Program-made: the position numbers and the translations under genes
The notes under the pieces: model-generated
The model's database searches: none
What the model saw: only the letters and a program-made list of their open reading frames with translations
What the model was told of the DNA's origin: nothing
Shown here: piece by piece, positions 27,027 to 37,345 of the stretch
Layout of the letters: each line of letters opens with the position of its first letter
Position numbering within the stretch: the stretch's first letter is position 1
Virus record (IMG/VR): IMGVR_UViG_3300036987_000310
Coordinates: 256,001-320,000 of that record
Reading direction: 5' to 3' (one strand)
Source of the DNA: a virus
Lineage: Duplodnaviria > Caudoviricetes
DNA: 64,000 nucleotides

Positions 27027-28556
27027 ATGGACGGTTCTTTATGGGAGAGGGTTGACGGGTCTCTATGGAGAGAAGTCAAAATCCCGACAAACCACGAATT
27101 CTTGCAAAAATATCACCAATGGATATACAGGAAGGTATCTGATCGTTTCCGGCGCGACAAGGATCGCGTTCAAGACACAGTCCAAAACGTCAGGGTTAGA
27201 CTTCTTCAAAAAGACTTCATCGGAAGATGGTTTTTCAAGCATTTGACCCACGAGCTGGTTGATAGAACTCAAGCAGAGTTTGTGCTGGGAAACAACATAA
27301 AACTCAAGTTCATATCCGCAGTCAGCCCAGTCGTGGGAACTCGTGGCCAGATTGACTCTTTGTGGAGAGTGTCTGACCTGCTTGAGTATGCGAAGTTCAA
27401 TCGAGAAAGATACTTTTATTCGGTGCAGGGGCACACTATCAACTCCGACACCACGCTAAAGCTTTTAGGATACCCTCCCGGAAGCTACAATGCTTTGAAG
27501 TCCTTGTATAAGCAAGGACGTCTGAAGCCTTCTGAACTTACTGGACACGAATGCTCAGAGTCTTTGCTCACGGCTCTTCCTGTCAACGGGCTGTGCTCTG
27601 AGCCAGGATGTGGCAAAAAGCATTTCAGTCGCGGGTTTTGCACCAAGCATTATGGGAGGCGTCTCAAAGACAGGTGTCCGATTTGCGATAGAGGTAGAGC
27701 TTCGTTGCGATCCAAGGGCCTGTCTCTTGCTGACGATTGGATGAAATCTTCGCATGCGGCTGCACTTCGATGGGACGATTCGCAGCTCAAGTCGTTTCTG
27801 AGGCGTTGGCGCGGGCAAAACATGATCAGCTCTGTTCCGCAAAGAATAGTGCGGCCGGATGGGCAAACCGGCCCGTATAAGGGGATTGAAGCTGGTTTGT
27901 TGAAGTATGCATGGAATCTCATCAACAACGAGGTCATCAACGACTTTAAACGCATGACTCGCACCATGGACATGACCTGCATGGTGTTTAACGACGGTGT
28001 GTCCCCGGACGCTGATGGGTCTGACGCGGTTGTATGGGAGCTTGACGATGACGGGATGAAAACTCAGATGGTTGTGAAGGACTCGTCCTCCATGGACGAA
28101 TTTTTTGCTTCCGAGAACGGGTTTGACATCATGTCCATGGTCCGACGCGCCAACTTGTCAGATAACGAGATCGATGTCATAATGCAGGTTGACCTGTTAG
28201 AAGAAAACGTGCGCAAATACGCTGATGCTATTGGAGAGTCCACTGCTCGCGTTCATCGCACGAGAAGTTCGGCTCTTGAGAAAATGCGGCATGTTGATGT
28301 TTCGGACGCTGTGCTGATTGACATGGTGGAAAATGTGTGTCAAAAGCACGAGTGTAACTCTGACGACATGTTTGGGAACTCCCGCGTCGGCCCATGCGTT
28401 CTGGCCAGAACCGAGTTCTTTTACAAGCTGTCGAAGCTAGGGTTGTCCGTTGAAGAAATGTCTGCCCGAACCGGGGTATCTGTTGATCGTGTTTCGTCTT
28501 CTGTGGGTCGGGGGGAGCTTCGACAGAAGGCGTGCGAAGGGGCATTAGTTCAATAG
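27027..28556 (+). CDS. sigma-70-like protein with zinc motif and C-terminal DnaA domain IV-like HTH
   Basis: region-2-like QDTVQNVRVRL; CSEPGC...RGFCTKHY; region-4-like LSDNEIDVI...IGESTARVHRTRSSALEKMR; DnaA_C-like VENVC..H...DDMFG.SR...VLAR. Confidence 0.55.
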   Translation: MDGSLWERVDGSLWREVKIPTNHEFLQKYHQWIYRKVSDRFRRDKDRVQDTVQNVRVRLLQKDFIGRWFFKHLTHELVDRTQAEFVLGNNIKLKFISAVSPVVGTRGQIDSLWRVSDLLEYAKFNRERYFYSVQGHTINSDTTLKLLGYPPGSYNALKSLYKQGRLKPSELTGHECSESLLTALPVNGLCSEPGCGKKHFSRGFCTKHYGRRLKDRCPICDRGRASLRSKGLSLADDWMKSSHAAALRWDDSQLKSFLRRWRGQNMISSVPQRIVRPDGQTGPYKGIEAGLLKYAWNLINNEVINDFKRMTRTMDMTCMVFNDGVSPDADGSDAVVWELDDDGMKTQMVVKDSSSMDEFFASENGFDIMSMVRRANLSDNEIDVIMQVDLLEENVRKYADAIGESTARVHRTRSSALEKMRHVDVSDAVLIDMVENVCQKHECNSDDMFGNSRVGPCVLARTEFFYKLSKLGLSVEEMSARTGVSVDRVSSSVGRGELRQKACEGALVQ

Positions 28557-28568
28557 CCCTTTAGTTGC

Positions 28569-30233
28569 ATGGTGAACACAGCCATGCGCACACATCTGTC
28601 TGCCAGCACCAGGTTCATACTAGCGGTTCTGCGTTTGAGCGCAGACATTGCTGAGGGTTTCGGACAGGCTGTCCTCGATATCCTCTCCAAGCAGTATCCA
28701 GAGATGAAGGAGGAAATGGCGGAGGATCCGCAGTACGCGGAAAACCCTGCCGCTTCCATCGGACATAAGCTTGTTGCCATAGCAAGAAAACAGCTTCAAT
28801 ATAATGAGCAGGATGCATACGACGCCATCCAGGACATGCTCGTCTATATTGTGACAAGTAAGTTTGACTTCAAGGCAGAAACAAAGAAGGGGAAGCCTGG
28901 GGCGTCTACTTGGAAGAAAGCGTTGAGTAACATCTACGCAAATCTCCACGCCAAGGCCATGTCTCACTCGTTCAAGAAGTTCAAATCTGGAAAGCATACG
29001 GACGAAGAAGTTTACGCGGACATGCTGTGGCGCAGAAATCAAGCGTTGAGCGGCAATGTGAGGTATACCTGGACTGACAAAGACGACGACGATTTCGTGG
29101 ACGTCGGAAAGCGTCTAATTAACAAAGGTGTTGATCTGAAGGCTATTGTTCCGACGAAGCTTCGTCGCAAGAATGTTCGAGACAAGTCCATAGACGAGGC
29201 TTTCGGAAAGCGCGGCGAAGAGGGAGGAGCCCCCGAAGGCGGTCTCGGACGAATGCCTCAAGACTTGGATACGGCCGAAGGAATGCCGCTTGATGAGAAA
29301 GCCGCTAAGAAGAGTTTCTTGGATGCTTTGGACCAGTTGATCCCGGATCTTAAACGAAGTCTTCCACTGACAAACGACAATCTTCCTGCTCAAAAGATGC
29401 TGTTTGATTTCATCTTTGACGAAGACGGCTCCGGAACTTTTTTGCCTGACATCAAAGCCAACATGGGCCAGGCCACGGATTTTCGGAATTATTTGGAAGA
29501 AATATCTACACGTGCTGGCCCGAACGCCAAAGAAGCTAAAGAAATTCTGAAGAGATACGGAAAGCGGTGGTCCGGATTCGTTGGGGATACCCGAACCAGG
29601 TTAATGAAGTCAATTCAAAACTTTGTCGAGGAATATCTCCCGGAACACGAGTATGAACAGTTGTGGAATGCGTTCTACTCCGACGTCACCCCGCAGGCTG
29701 CGGAAAAGATTCAAACTAAAAGAAATATTGAGCAACTCAGCTATCTTAGAAATGTTGATCTTCGAAAGCTCTTGCGTATGGAAGAAAGGCAGAAGCTTGG
29801 GCTTTTGTCTGACAAGGAGACGAAGGACAGGTCCAGCCTTCGTCAGCGTTTGCTGAAAGACGTAGCAAACGAAAACGCTGAGTACCAGCAAGATCTTGAA
29901 AGATATAAGAAGAGAATGATAACTTATCTGGAGAAGCAGTCAAAATATTCTGACTTGCCTCCTGAGAAGCAGCCAAAGCTCCCAATAAAACGTCCTGTCA
30001 GGCCTCAGAAGCCTCTGTCTCTCGATGAACAACTGAAAACCGTCATGGCAGAAGACGGTGGAAAAATTAAGCAGGAAGTTGAAGAAGAGTTCAAGATCAA
30101 ATTGGACCAGGACCAAAAAAATAAAGAGGAAGTGGAACTCTCCGAGTCTTTGGCTGAAGAAGCCAACGCTGAGGTCGATATTAGACACGGTGTTGCGGCT
30201 TTCTTCAAACGTTTTCTGCCAGAATTTTCTTGA
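28569..30233 (+). CDS. large protein with ECF sigma region-2-like segment
   Basis: LVAIARKQLQYNEQDAYDAIQDML; C-terminal coiled coil. Confidence 0.5.
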   Translation: MVNTAMRTHLSASTRFILAVLRLSADIAEGFGQAVLDILSKQYPEMKEEMAEDPQYAENPAASIGHKLVAIARKQLQYNEQDAYDAIQDMLVYIVTSKFDFKAETKKGKPGASTWKKALSNIYANLHAKAMSHSFKKFKSGKHTDEEVYADMLWRRNQALSGNVRYTWTDKDDDDFVDVGKRLINKGVDLKAIVPTKLRRKNVRDKSIDEAFGKRGEEGGAPEGGLGRMPQDLDTAEGMPLDEKAAKKSFLDALDQLIPDLKRSLPLTNDNLPAQKMLFDFIFDEDGSGTFLPDIKANMGQATDFRNYLEEISTRAGPNAKEAKEILKRYGKRWSGFVGDTRTRLMKSIQNFVEEYLPEHEYEQLWNAFYSDVTPQAAEKIQTKRNIEQLSYLRNVDLRKLLRMEERQKLGLLSDKETKDRSSLRQRLLKDVANENAEYQQDLERYKKRMITYLEKQSKYSDLPPEKQPKLPIKRPVRPQKPLSLDEQLKTVMAEDGGKIKQEVEEEFKIKLDQDQKNKEEVELSESLAEEANAEVDIRHGVAAFFKRFLPEFS

Positions 30234-30559
30234 TGGACTCAATTCTTGGCGATTCGTTTATGAATGGTCGCCGGCTTCGCCCGGCGACCCTTGAATATGC
30301 GTTGGAAAACTATCCTAGAATTATCGCGTACATAAAGCTCGGGAAATTGTCAATAACCGCCCCTCATTCGTGTGATGGGAATGATGTTGTGGAGATGCGT
30401 GGTGTCGCATCTCCTCTCTACCGCATCGTCATGACGAGGGGAGACTTCGACAAGTGCATTTCAATTGCAAAGCTTATGACGATACCCTTGTTTCCTTCTG
30501 ACACGGAAAAAGATTGGATGGATAGGGCCTCTGCTCACGTACGAAATATGTTCGGATGA
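30230..30559 (+). CDS. hypothetical protein
   Basis: TTGA overlap with upstream stop. Confidence 0.5.
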   Translation: MMDSILGDSFMNGRRLRPATLEYALENYPRIIAYIKLGKLSITAPHSCDGNDVVEMRGVASPLYRIVMTRGDFDKCISIAKLMTIPLFPSDTEKDWMDRASAHVRNMFG

Positions 30560-30573
30560 AGTAACGTTTGTTC

Positions 30574-30777
30574 ATGGAAGATAAAGAGAAACCGGTTGTT
30601 CTGGTTAAATGTCGCAGGGGTCAAGACACCACTACGCATGGTCAGGAATGTTCAAGCATGCAGGCGTACAATATGTCTTCTCCGGGAGACACAATTGTTC
30701 GGTTTAAATGCTCGAAGTGCGGGTATACGTGGTCAACGCCGGTTGGCGGACAGCTAAACTTGCCTCCTGGGGTTTGA
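30574..30777 (+). CDS. zinc-ribbon protein
   Basis: C...C...CSKC..W. Confidence 0.6.
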   Translation: MEDKEKPVVLVKCRRGQDTTTHGQECSSMQAYNMSSPGDTIVRFKCSKCGYTWSTPVGGQLNLPPGV

Positions 30778-31001
30778 TGACCACATTTTGTCCCCGTTGT
30801 TTTAAACCGCTGGAACCTTTCGGGCAAATAAACAGAATGATTTGCCAAGAGTGTCGATGTATATTCGACGTTAAAATCACTGTTGAGCTTGTAGAGGTTT
30901 TTCATGCAGAGAACGCGGGGCGAATTGGAACGAGAAATCCTGCAGGCGGTCTCCTGCCCTCCGGCGAGAATAGTGGTGGAGGGACCGAGAAAGACCGGTA
31001 A
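30777..31001 (+). CDS. zinc-ribbon protein
   Basis: TGATG overlap; CPRC...CQEC; 3' end overlaps holB. Confidence 0.45.
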   Translation: MTTFCPRCFKPLEPFGQINRMICQECRCIFDVKITVELVEVFHAENAGRIGTRNPAGGLLPSGENSGGGTEKDR

Positions 31002-31635
31002 ACGCAGGCTTGTTCATGATGTGCTAGAACTGAATGTTTCGCAACAGGATTTGTTGGAAGTCGATGGCTCCATAGAGGGAGCCAGGCAGGCTCAACAATT
31101 CATAAAGACATTTCCCACCTTTGGCGAGTCTCGAGTTGTTTTGGTGGACGGGCACAATTTTTCCGATTCAGCGCAAGACGCATACTTGAAAATATGCGAG
31201 GATGGGACTGATTTTTCAACCATAATGATGATTGTTGACGATGGAGTAGTTCTGCGTCCGGCGCTCTTGTCTAGGGTTGTCGTGATGAGACTGTTTGAAA
31301 AAATCTCCGGAGACGATTTTTTGTCTTCTGTCATGCGCGAAAAACGTGAGCTTTCAGGTGTGTTGTCTGTCAACGCTCAAGAGATGGAGAGCCTCCATGC
31401 TGCTGTATGTAGCGCTATGGAAGGAAATGTCGATCTCCTCCACATTCCTCGTTTCATGTCGGAATGGTCGAAACTGGATGACGATATGAAAGAGGCTGTT
31501 TTGGCCGTATTTGACCACGCCATAGGCAACTGTTTTGGCACCAGGGCCGCCAACATATCTAAACTCGTCGACACTTTGAGATCTGTGCCATCTGCGAATG
31601 CCGAAATACACTGGTGGCGATCATGCTTAGCATGA
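30904..31635 (+). CDS. holB: clamp-loader delta-prime-like AAA+ subunit
   Basis: GPRKTGK, SAQDAYLKICED, LRPALLSR. Confidence 0.7.
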   Translation: MQRTRGELEREILQAVSCPPARIVVEGPRKTGKRRLVHDVLELNVSQQDLLEVDGSIEGARQAQQFIKTFPTFGESRVVLVDGHNFSDSAQDAYLKICEDGTDFSTIMMIVDDGVVLRPALLSRVVVMRLFEKISGDDFLSSVMREKRELSGVLSVNAQEMESLHAAVCSAMEGNVDLLHIPRFMSEWSKLDDDMKEAVLAVFDHAIGNCFGTRAANISKLVDTLRSVPSANAEIHWWRSCLA

Positions 31636-31644
31636 CGTGATGTA

Positions 31645-32580
31645 ATGTGCTCATTCGTGAGCACACTCATACTTGTTAACGGGGACGACGACTTTCTGAA
31701 AGAGCGAGTTGCTCTTGATGAAGCCGCCATGGCTTTGACTTCGAACGTGATTCAGTTTACGTTTCCAGAAGACATGGACAGATATCTGGAGTTTTTAGAC
31801 GTTCGTCCAATATCTGATGTTCAAAACGTAACGATCATCTGGAATGCGTCTAGCGTTCCAGATGCTTTGAACGACGGTGTCACCATAATTGTTGCCTCTA
31901 AAGGAAAAGTTTTAAGTAACAACGGAGCAAAGCGCACTGTTAACGTAAAGAAGCCGAAACCATATGATAACGGAATTGAATATGTAAATTGGATTCTGAA
32001 TGAGGGAGAGAGACTTAGAATAGATCTAAGTCGTGTGGCTAGTGCGCTTTTTGTGAACTGTGGAACGGACCTTAGAAAGATCTGTTCCGAAATCAGGAAA
32101 CTCGGGGCCCTCTCCGATTCACATGACGCGATCGACCCTTCCATGGCTCGACGCGTCATGTGTTTTTCTGCTGATCTGACGCCGAAAAACGTTGTGGATG
32201 CCATATGCGATGGACACCCAGCAAAGGCGCTTGCCTTTTACGACAAACTCCAAGAGAGAGGGTGTGAAACTGGGTGGGTTATAGCATACATGCAACGTCA
32301 TGTCTTGCAACAGCTTCGCGCGAAAACACTTCTTGAGCAACAAGCGTCACAAGACCAGGTTTCAGCAGCGCTTGGTGTTCACCCGTTAGTTTTCAGGAAT
32401 ACGATCGTTCCTAGGTTGGGTTTATGGAATGCTTCTTCTCTTCGAAAAAGTCTTGTGACTCTTTGCGACCTCGACGTTCTGCATAAGCGTGGGGTTGATG
32501 TTTCTTGTTGGGGACTCGAACCTGAAATAATACGTTTGTCCGAGGAGGCCAAACAAAATGACACAAGCCGCGGGAGTTGA
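31645..32580 (+). CDS. holA: DNA polymerase III delta-like clamp-loader subunit
   Basis: LILVNGDDDFL...; WILNE..RLRI; GTDLR.ICSEIRKL; VVDAI..G...AL. Confidence 0.75.
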   Translation: MCSFVSTLILVNGDDDFLKERVALDEAAMALTSNVIQFTFPEDMDRYLEFLDVRPISDVQNVTIIWNASSVPDALNDGVTIIVASKGKVLSNNGAKRTVNVKKPKPYDNGIEYVNWILNEGERLRIDLSRVASALFVNCGTDLRKICSEIRKLGALSDSHDAIDPSMARRVMCFSADLTPKNVVDAICDGHPAKALAFYDKLQERGCETGWVIAYMQRHVLQQLRAKTLLEQQASQDQVSAALGVHPLVFRNTIVPRLGLWNASSLRKSLVTLCDLDVLHKRGVDVSCWGLEPEIIRLSEEAKQNDTSRGS

Positions 32581-35311
32581 CACACGCTATAACGTTGTTG
32601 AAATGCACAGCGCCGTATACGCGAAGAGCGACGCTGGAAAATGGGTGAGGTTTTTCACCAATGAGGGAACTCATCCGTTTGATGAAATTTTGTGGAAGAC
32701 AGTCGACGCCCGCATTGTCGATCCCAAGGGAAACGTTGTTTTTGAACAGAAAAACGTTGAAGTGCCGGCCTGGTGGGGAAACACGACTGTTGGAATCGTG
32801 GCGGACAAATATCTAAGAGTCATCCACGGTTCGAAAGAACGATCAGTCAAACAGATGATTAAACGTGTTGCCGAGACTCTGCGGTCTTGGGCTGAGAAAC
32901 AGTCATACTTCAACACAGTGCAAGACGCAGACGTGTACGAAGATGAGCTTTGTTATGTGTTGCTGCACCAGTATGGGGCGTTCAATTCTCCTGTTTGGTT
33001 CAACATTGGTGTTCCTGGTCGAAAACAGGTTGCCAGTGCGTGTTTTATTTCAGGCGTCAAAGACACTCTTGACGACATAATGGACTTCCAGAAATCTGAA
33101 GTCAAAATCTTTGCTGGAGGGTCTGGATCCGGCGCAAATCTTTCAGATTTGCGCTCTTCTTATGAACGTCTGTCGTCCGGGTCGTTTACTTCCGGACCAT
33201 TGTCATGGATGAAGGGTCTCGACAAATACGCAGATGCCATGAAATCTGGTGGAAGCACAAGAAACGCCGCCAAGATGATTGTTATGGACATGGACCATCC
33301 TGATGTGCTGGAAACTCGTGATGGCAGGCCCGGGTTCATTAGATGCAAAGCTGCGTCTGAAAAAATCGTTCACGATCTAGCTATGCTCGGGTATAGCGTC
33401 GCTTATGACGATCCTAACTCTGTGTATAAGCTTGTCCCTTACCAGAACGCGAACCACTCTGTTAGTGTCACAGATGAGTTCATGCGTGCTGTGGAAACAG
33501 ACAAAAATTGGGTCACAGTGGAACGAACCACAGGAAAGACGGTTAAAACATATAAAGCCAAGGACTTATGGCGTGAAATTTCCGAGGCTGCTTGGATGTG
33601 CGGAGACCCCGGGATTCAATTCACTGACACCATCAATGAATGGCACACGACACCTAAGGCTGGACGCATCAAGTCCAGCAACCCTTGCAGCGAGTTTTTG
33701 AACGTGGACAACACTGCTTGCAATCTCGCAGCAATAAATTTGACGAAATTTTTTGACGGGCACCGTTTGATGTTTGACAAACTATCTCATGTTGTGCGTG
33801 TTCTTGTGACGGCACAAAATGCGATCATAGACGTGGCTGAATACCCGACAAAGCTTATCGAAAAAAATTCCCATGATCTTCGACCAATAGGGTTGAACTA
33901 TGGAAATCTCGGGTCTCTCATCATGAAGCTTGGTTATGGGTATGACTCTGACGAGGGGAGAGCTGTTGCAGCAAGGACTGCCAGCCTCATGACCGGGCTT
34001 GCATACTTGACGTCTGCAAAGCTTTCGTCGAAGACTGGGCCATTTCCGGCGTTCAATGAGAATCGGGACGACATGTTTTCAGTTATTTCAAAGCACATCG
34101 TTGCAGATGCGAACATCTGTAACAGATGGGGGCTTGACAAGGACCCCCTTGGCGACGACGTGGAGAGTCAAAGCGCTGCTGTATGGAGAGAAGCTCTAGA
34201 CCTCGGGAAGAAATACGGATACTCTGTGTCTCAAGCTACGCTGCAAGCTCCCCTTGGGACTTTGTCTTTCCTGATGGAGATGGACACCACCGGCATCGAA
34301 CCGATGTTCTCTTTGGTGTCTTACAAGTCTCTTGTTGGAGGCGGAACCCTCAAGCTCGTATGCTCGGCGGTAAAAGATGCTCTTCTCAATCTCAAGTATT
34401 CTGAGAGCGAGGCATCATCCATTTGCAAACATATTGAGGACTTTGACTCTATTGAGGGTGCGCCAGAACTTAATTCTGCCCACCTTTCTGTTTTTGACGG
34501 ATCCATGCCATCTGGGAAATCAGAAAGATGTCTTGCACCCATGGCTCACGTGAAGATGCTTGCTGCTATACAGCCCCTCATAACGTGTTCCATCAGTAAA
34601 ACTGTCAATCTTCCGGAAACGGCCACTGTTGACGAGATTTCCGACATCTATACGGAAGCGTGGAAACTTGGGGTGAAATGCATCGCCATATATAGGGACA
34701 AGTGCAAAATGTCCCAACCACTAGCTTCCAAGTCAGAGTCAGTTTCTGCTCCGAGCACTCAGCCGGGAGAGTTGCGCAGACACCTTCCGTCAAACGTGTC
34801 TGGACACCGACATCGATTCACTATTGGCGGTTCTAAGGGATACTTGATGATGAATGAGTACCCCGACGGGACGCTAGGGGAAGTCTTCCTGAAGCTCGGA
34901 AAAACCGGGTCTACCGTAGCAGGTCTCATAGACGGGTTCACTCAGCTTCTGAGCCTTGCGCTCCAGTATGGAGTTCCGTTGGACAAAATGATCAGAAGCT
35001 TTGTGCATACAAAATTCGATCCTGCTGGGTACACAGACAATCCAACCATTCGTTTTACTGATAGCCTCTATGACTATCTTTTCAAGGTTCTGGATACAAG
35101 ATACTATGGGGGCATGAATTCTGGTCTTTCGGACCGAGTTTCTATGCTTCCTGAGTCGAAAGAACACGGTGAAGAGGTGTCCTTTTCGTTGCCTCCACCT
35201 CCAACTATGAACATGAGCGCCCCAATGTGCTCGAACTGCGGAAGCATTACCAGGCGTGTTGGTACGTGCCATATGTGCTTGACATGCGGCACCAGCACAG
35301 GGTGTAGTTAA
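32558..35311 (+). CDS. nrdJ: class II (B12-dependent) ribonucleotide reductase
   Basis: FNSPVWFN, SACFI, GSGSG, QNANHSV, SNPCSEF, CNLAAINL, APLGT; C-terminal CxxC...CxxC. Confidence 0.95.
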   Translation: MTQAAGVDTRYNVVEMHSAVYAKSDAGKWVRFFTNEGTHPFDEILWKTVDARIVDPKGNVVFEQKNVEVPAWWGNTTVGIVADKYLRVIHGSKERSVKQMIKRVAETLRSWAEKQSYFNTVQDADVYEDELCYVLLHQYGAFNSPVWFNIGVPGRKQVASACFISGVKDTLDDIMDFQKSEVKIFAGGSGSGANLSDLRSSYERLSSGSFTSGPLSWMKGLDKYADAMKSGGSTRNAAKMIVMDMDHPDVLETRDGRPGFIRCKAASEKIVHDLAMLGYSVAYDDPNSVYKLVPYQNANHSVSVTDEFMRAVETDKNWVTVERTTGKTVKTYKAKDLWREISEAAWMCGDPGIQFTDTINEWHTTPKAGRIKSSNPCSEFLNVDNTACNLAAINLTKFFDGHRLMFDKLSHVVRVLVTAQNAIIDVAEYPTKLIEKNSHDLRPIGLNYGNLGSLIMKLGYGYDSDEGRAVAARTASLMTGLAYLTSAKLSSKTGPFPAFNENRDDMFSVISKHIVADANICNRWGLDKDPLGDDVESQSAAVWREALDLGKKYGYSVSQATLQAPLGTLSFLMEMDTTGIEPMFSLVSYKSLVGGGTLKLVCSAVKDALLNLKYSESEASSICKHIEDFDSIEGAPELNSAHLSVFDGSMPSGKSERCLAPMAHVKMLAAIQPLITCSISKTVNLPETATVDEISDIYTEAWKLGVKCIAIYRDKCKMSQPLASKSESVSAPSTQPGELRRHLPSNVSGHRHRFTIGGSKGYLMMNEYPDGTLGEVFLKLGKTGSTVAGLIDGFTQLLSLALQYGVPLDKMIRSFVHTKFDPAGYTDNPTIRFTDSLYDYLFKVLDTRYYGGMNSGLSDRVSMLPESKEHGEEVSFSLPPPPTMNMSAPMCSNCGSITRRVGTCHMCLTCGTSTGCS

Positions 35312-35475
35312 TGAGAAAAGGTTTTTTTGACGTGTTGACTGACGAAGAAATGGAGCATGTTGTTCCGATTTCCAAAGAGGAAATCGATGAGGCTCTTGAA
35401 AAGGGACGTCAGGATATGGAATCGTGTGAGAAATACCGCGAGTCTCATACTCCTTCTTCGCACCTATACCGCTGA
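35311..35475 (+). CDS. 54-aa acidic hypothetical protein (not in ORF track)
   Basis: TAATG overlap with nrdJ stop; MRKGFFDVLTDEEME...HLYR; fills gap to dut. Confidence 0.55.
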   Translation: MRKGFFDVLTDEEMEHVVPISKEEIDEALEKGRQDMESCEKYRESHTPSSHLYR

Positions 35476-35481
35476 CATGTA

Positions 35482-35949
35482 ATGTCAGCTATGTCACAAA
35501 AACCCGATCAAATAACAATTGATATTCGGCAGCTTCGCAAAGATTTTGAGCTGCCAGAGTATCAAACAGACTCTGCAGCCGGGATGGACCTTCGGGCATC
35601 CGTTTTGGCCCCAGTGACGATATTTCCCGGGGGTCAGGCTTTGATTCCCACGGGGATTTCCGTATCCATCCCCAACGGATACGAAGGTCAGGTTAGGCCG
35701 AGGTCCGGGTTATCGGTCAAGCATGGGGTGACAGTTTTGAATTCCCCCGGCACCATAGATGCAGATTTTCGTGGAGAAGTTTGTGTCATACTGATCAATC
35801 ACGGAAAAAGCCCTTTTATAATTAACGACTCAGATCGCATAGCACAGTTTGTCATTGCTCCGGTAGCTAGAGCAAAATGGCACCCGGTTTGCTGTCTTGA
35901 TGCCACAGAACGTGGAGTGGGTGGTTATGGTTCTACTGGAACCACGTGA
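35482..35949 (+). CDS. dut: trimeric dUTPase
   Basis: [35 protein letters not shown]. Confidence 0.97.
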   Translation: MSAMSQKPDQITIDIRQLRKDFELPEYQTDSAAGMDLRASVLAPVTIFPGGQALIPTGISVSIPNGYEGQVRPRSGLSVKHGVTVLNSPGTIDADFRGEVCVILINHGKSPFIINDSDRIAQFVIAPVARAKWHPVCCLDATERGVGGYGSTGTT

Positions 35950-35955
35950 GGAAAC

Positions 35956-36189
35956 ATGAGTGATAGATACTCGTACGGATACGACGCCGGAAACATCGTT
36001 GACGGGGTTGTTTGTCGAGACCCCGAAACTAAGATATGTATCATAGTTGACGAAGACGGTGAGGAATTCAACCCCCAAACGGTGTTGGAGACTCTTGTCG
36101 GGAAAAAAGTCCGCATGACAATGATCTCTTTCGAGGCTCTTGAAAATATGGAAAAAATATATGAGGCAGCGGTTGGGAAAGCTGACTAA
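35956..36189 (+). CDS. small acidic hypothetical protein
   Basis: GAGGA SD. Confidence 0.6.
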   Translation: MSDRYSYGYDAGNIVDGVVCRDPETKICIIVDEDGEEFNPQTVLETLVGKKVRMTMISFEALENMEKIYEAAVGKAD

Positions 36190-36192
36190 TGC

Positions 36193-37287
36193 CTAGCTGT
36201 CTAAATTTTGGCTGATGTAGGGGATTACGTCGTTTCGTCGCTCTATCAGCACACGACATCCGTGAAACAACTTCAATTCATTGAACATTTTCAGATTATG
36301 TAACGATACACTTTCGATTGTCACTCCACCTATCGGAGTCGGGCTCACCTTGGCAACCGGCGTAACCCTTCCAGTGGGGCCGACTTGCCACACTACGTCC
36401 AGTACTTTAGACTCTGCTTTTTCTGACTCAAATTTCCAAGCAATTTGACCCCTTGGCCTCATGGCCACTTCGCCAAGGTTTTCAAGAGCTTGAATGTTGT
36501 CAACAGACACGACTTGTCCGTCGATATCATATGGTATGCTTTGTCTGTTTTTAGTTACGGTTTCAAAATGCTTTTGAATAGTTTCAACGTTTCCGTAAGC
36601 AGACTCTGGTGTTTTAAAGTTGAGACTCATCAGTTTTTTGAACGCCAACTGCATTGTTTTCGGCGGCGGTTCGCACTTTATCCAATATGCCAAAAATGTT
36701 AGGTTTGCGCAGTCTTCTCCGCCTTTTTTCTTTTCCCGAACCTTTGCCGCGGCCGTGTTTCGCGGGTTTGCGTATATTTCTGCATATTTTTCAGCGAAGA
36801 TGTTTTTCAGCATCACTATTTCCCCTCGAACAGTGATGCTCATGGGTTCGGGAAGGTCTTTTGGGATTGTAGGAACCTGTTTGATGTTCTTTGTTACATC
36901 CTCACCAACAAATCCATCTCCGCGAGTTACGCAGCGGATTAGTTTTCCGTGCTCATATACGAGTTCCATTGAAGACCCGTCTATCTTGTCGGTTATGTGG
37001 AATTGTTCAGCCCCAGTCTTTTTTGCCCATTGTATTAGTTCTTCCAGACTGTTTACTTTATCCAACGACCCCATTGGGATGTCATGTTTGACCTTTTCCC
37101 ACACTGAAATGACTGGGGGGCTGGCCCCGACTGCGTGAACCTCGAAATGATCTGGGCAAATTTGTTTAAGTCTATCCCGCTTTGCATCATAGACGTTGTC
37201 TGGGACCATAGGGTCAAGGTTGTAATAAGCTTCCCTATACTTTTTTAGTTCTTCGATTAGTTTTTTAGCTTCTTCGTCCATGTCCAA
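36193..37287 (-). CDS. ligA: NAD-dependent DNA ligase, N-terminal half (adenylation + OB)
   Basis: AYY...D..YD, H..PMGSLDK, KIDG, RGDG..GED, RGE, NPRN, DIDG, TGRVTPVA, NDVIP; ATG alternative 37281. Confidence 0.92.
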   Translation of the reverse strand: MDMDEEAKKLIEELKKYREAYYNLDPMVPDNVYDAKRDRLKQICPDHFEVHAVGASPPVISVWEKVKHDIPMGSLDKVNSLEELIQWAKKTGAEQFHITDKIDGSSMELVYEHGKLIRCVTRGDGFVGEDVTKNIKQVPTIPKDLPEPMSITVRGEIVMLKNIFAEKYAEIYANPRNTAAAKVREKKKGGEDCANLTFLAYWIKCEPPPKTMQLAFKKLMSLNFKTPESAYGNVETIQKHFETVTKNRQSIPYDIDGQVVSVDNIQALENLGEVAMRPRGQIAWKFESEKAESKVLDVVWQVGPTGRVTPVAKVSPTPIGGVTIESVSLHNLKMFNELKLFHGCRVLIERRNDVIPYISQNLDS

Positions 37288-37345
37288 TCTTACGCTCGAG
37301 ACGCACTAGGCTCTTTGTCCGATTGTCTTCAACAGGAGAATCCAT

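Noticed and set aside
28351-28370. Internal AGTGTAAC with an in-frame ATG that might express the DnaA-like domain alone
   Set aside because: The spacing is 9 nt rather than 8 and the start would cut into the predicted domain; likely chance.
30777-31635. Programmed frameshift joining the zinc-ribbon ORF to holB
   Set aside because: holB has its own ATG and an intact N-terminus, and no convincing slippery site with a stimulator was seen.
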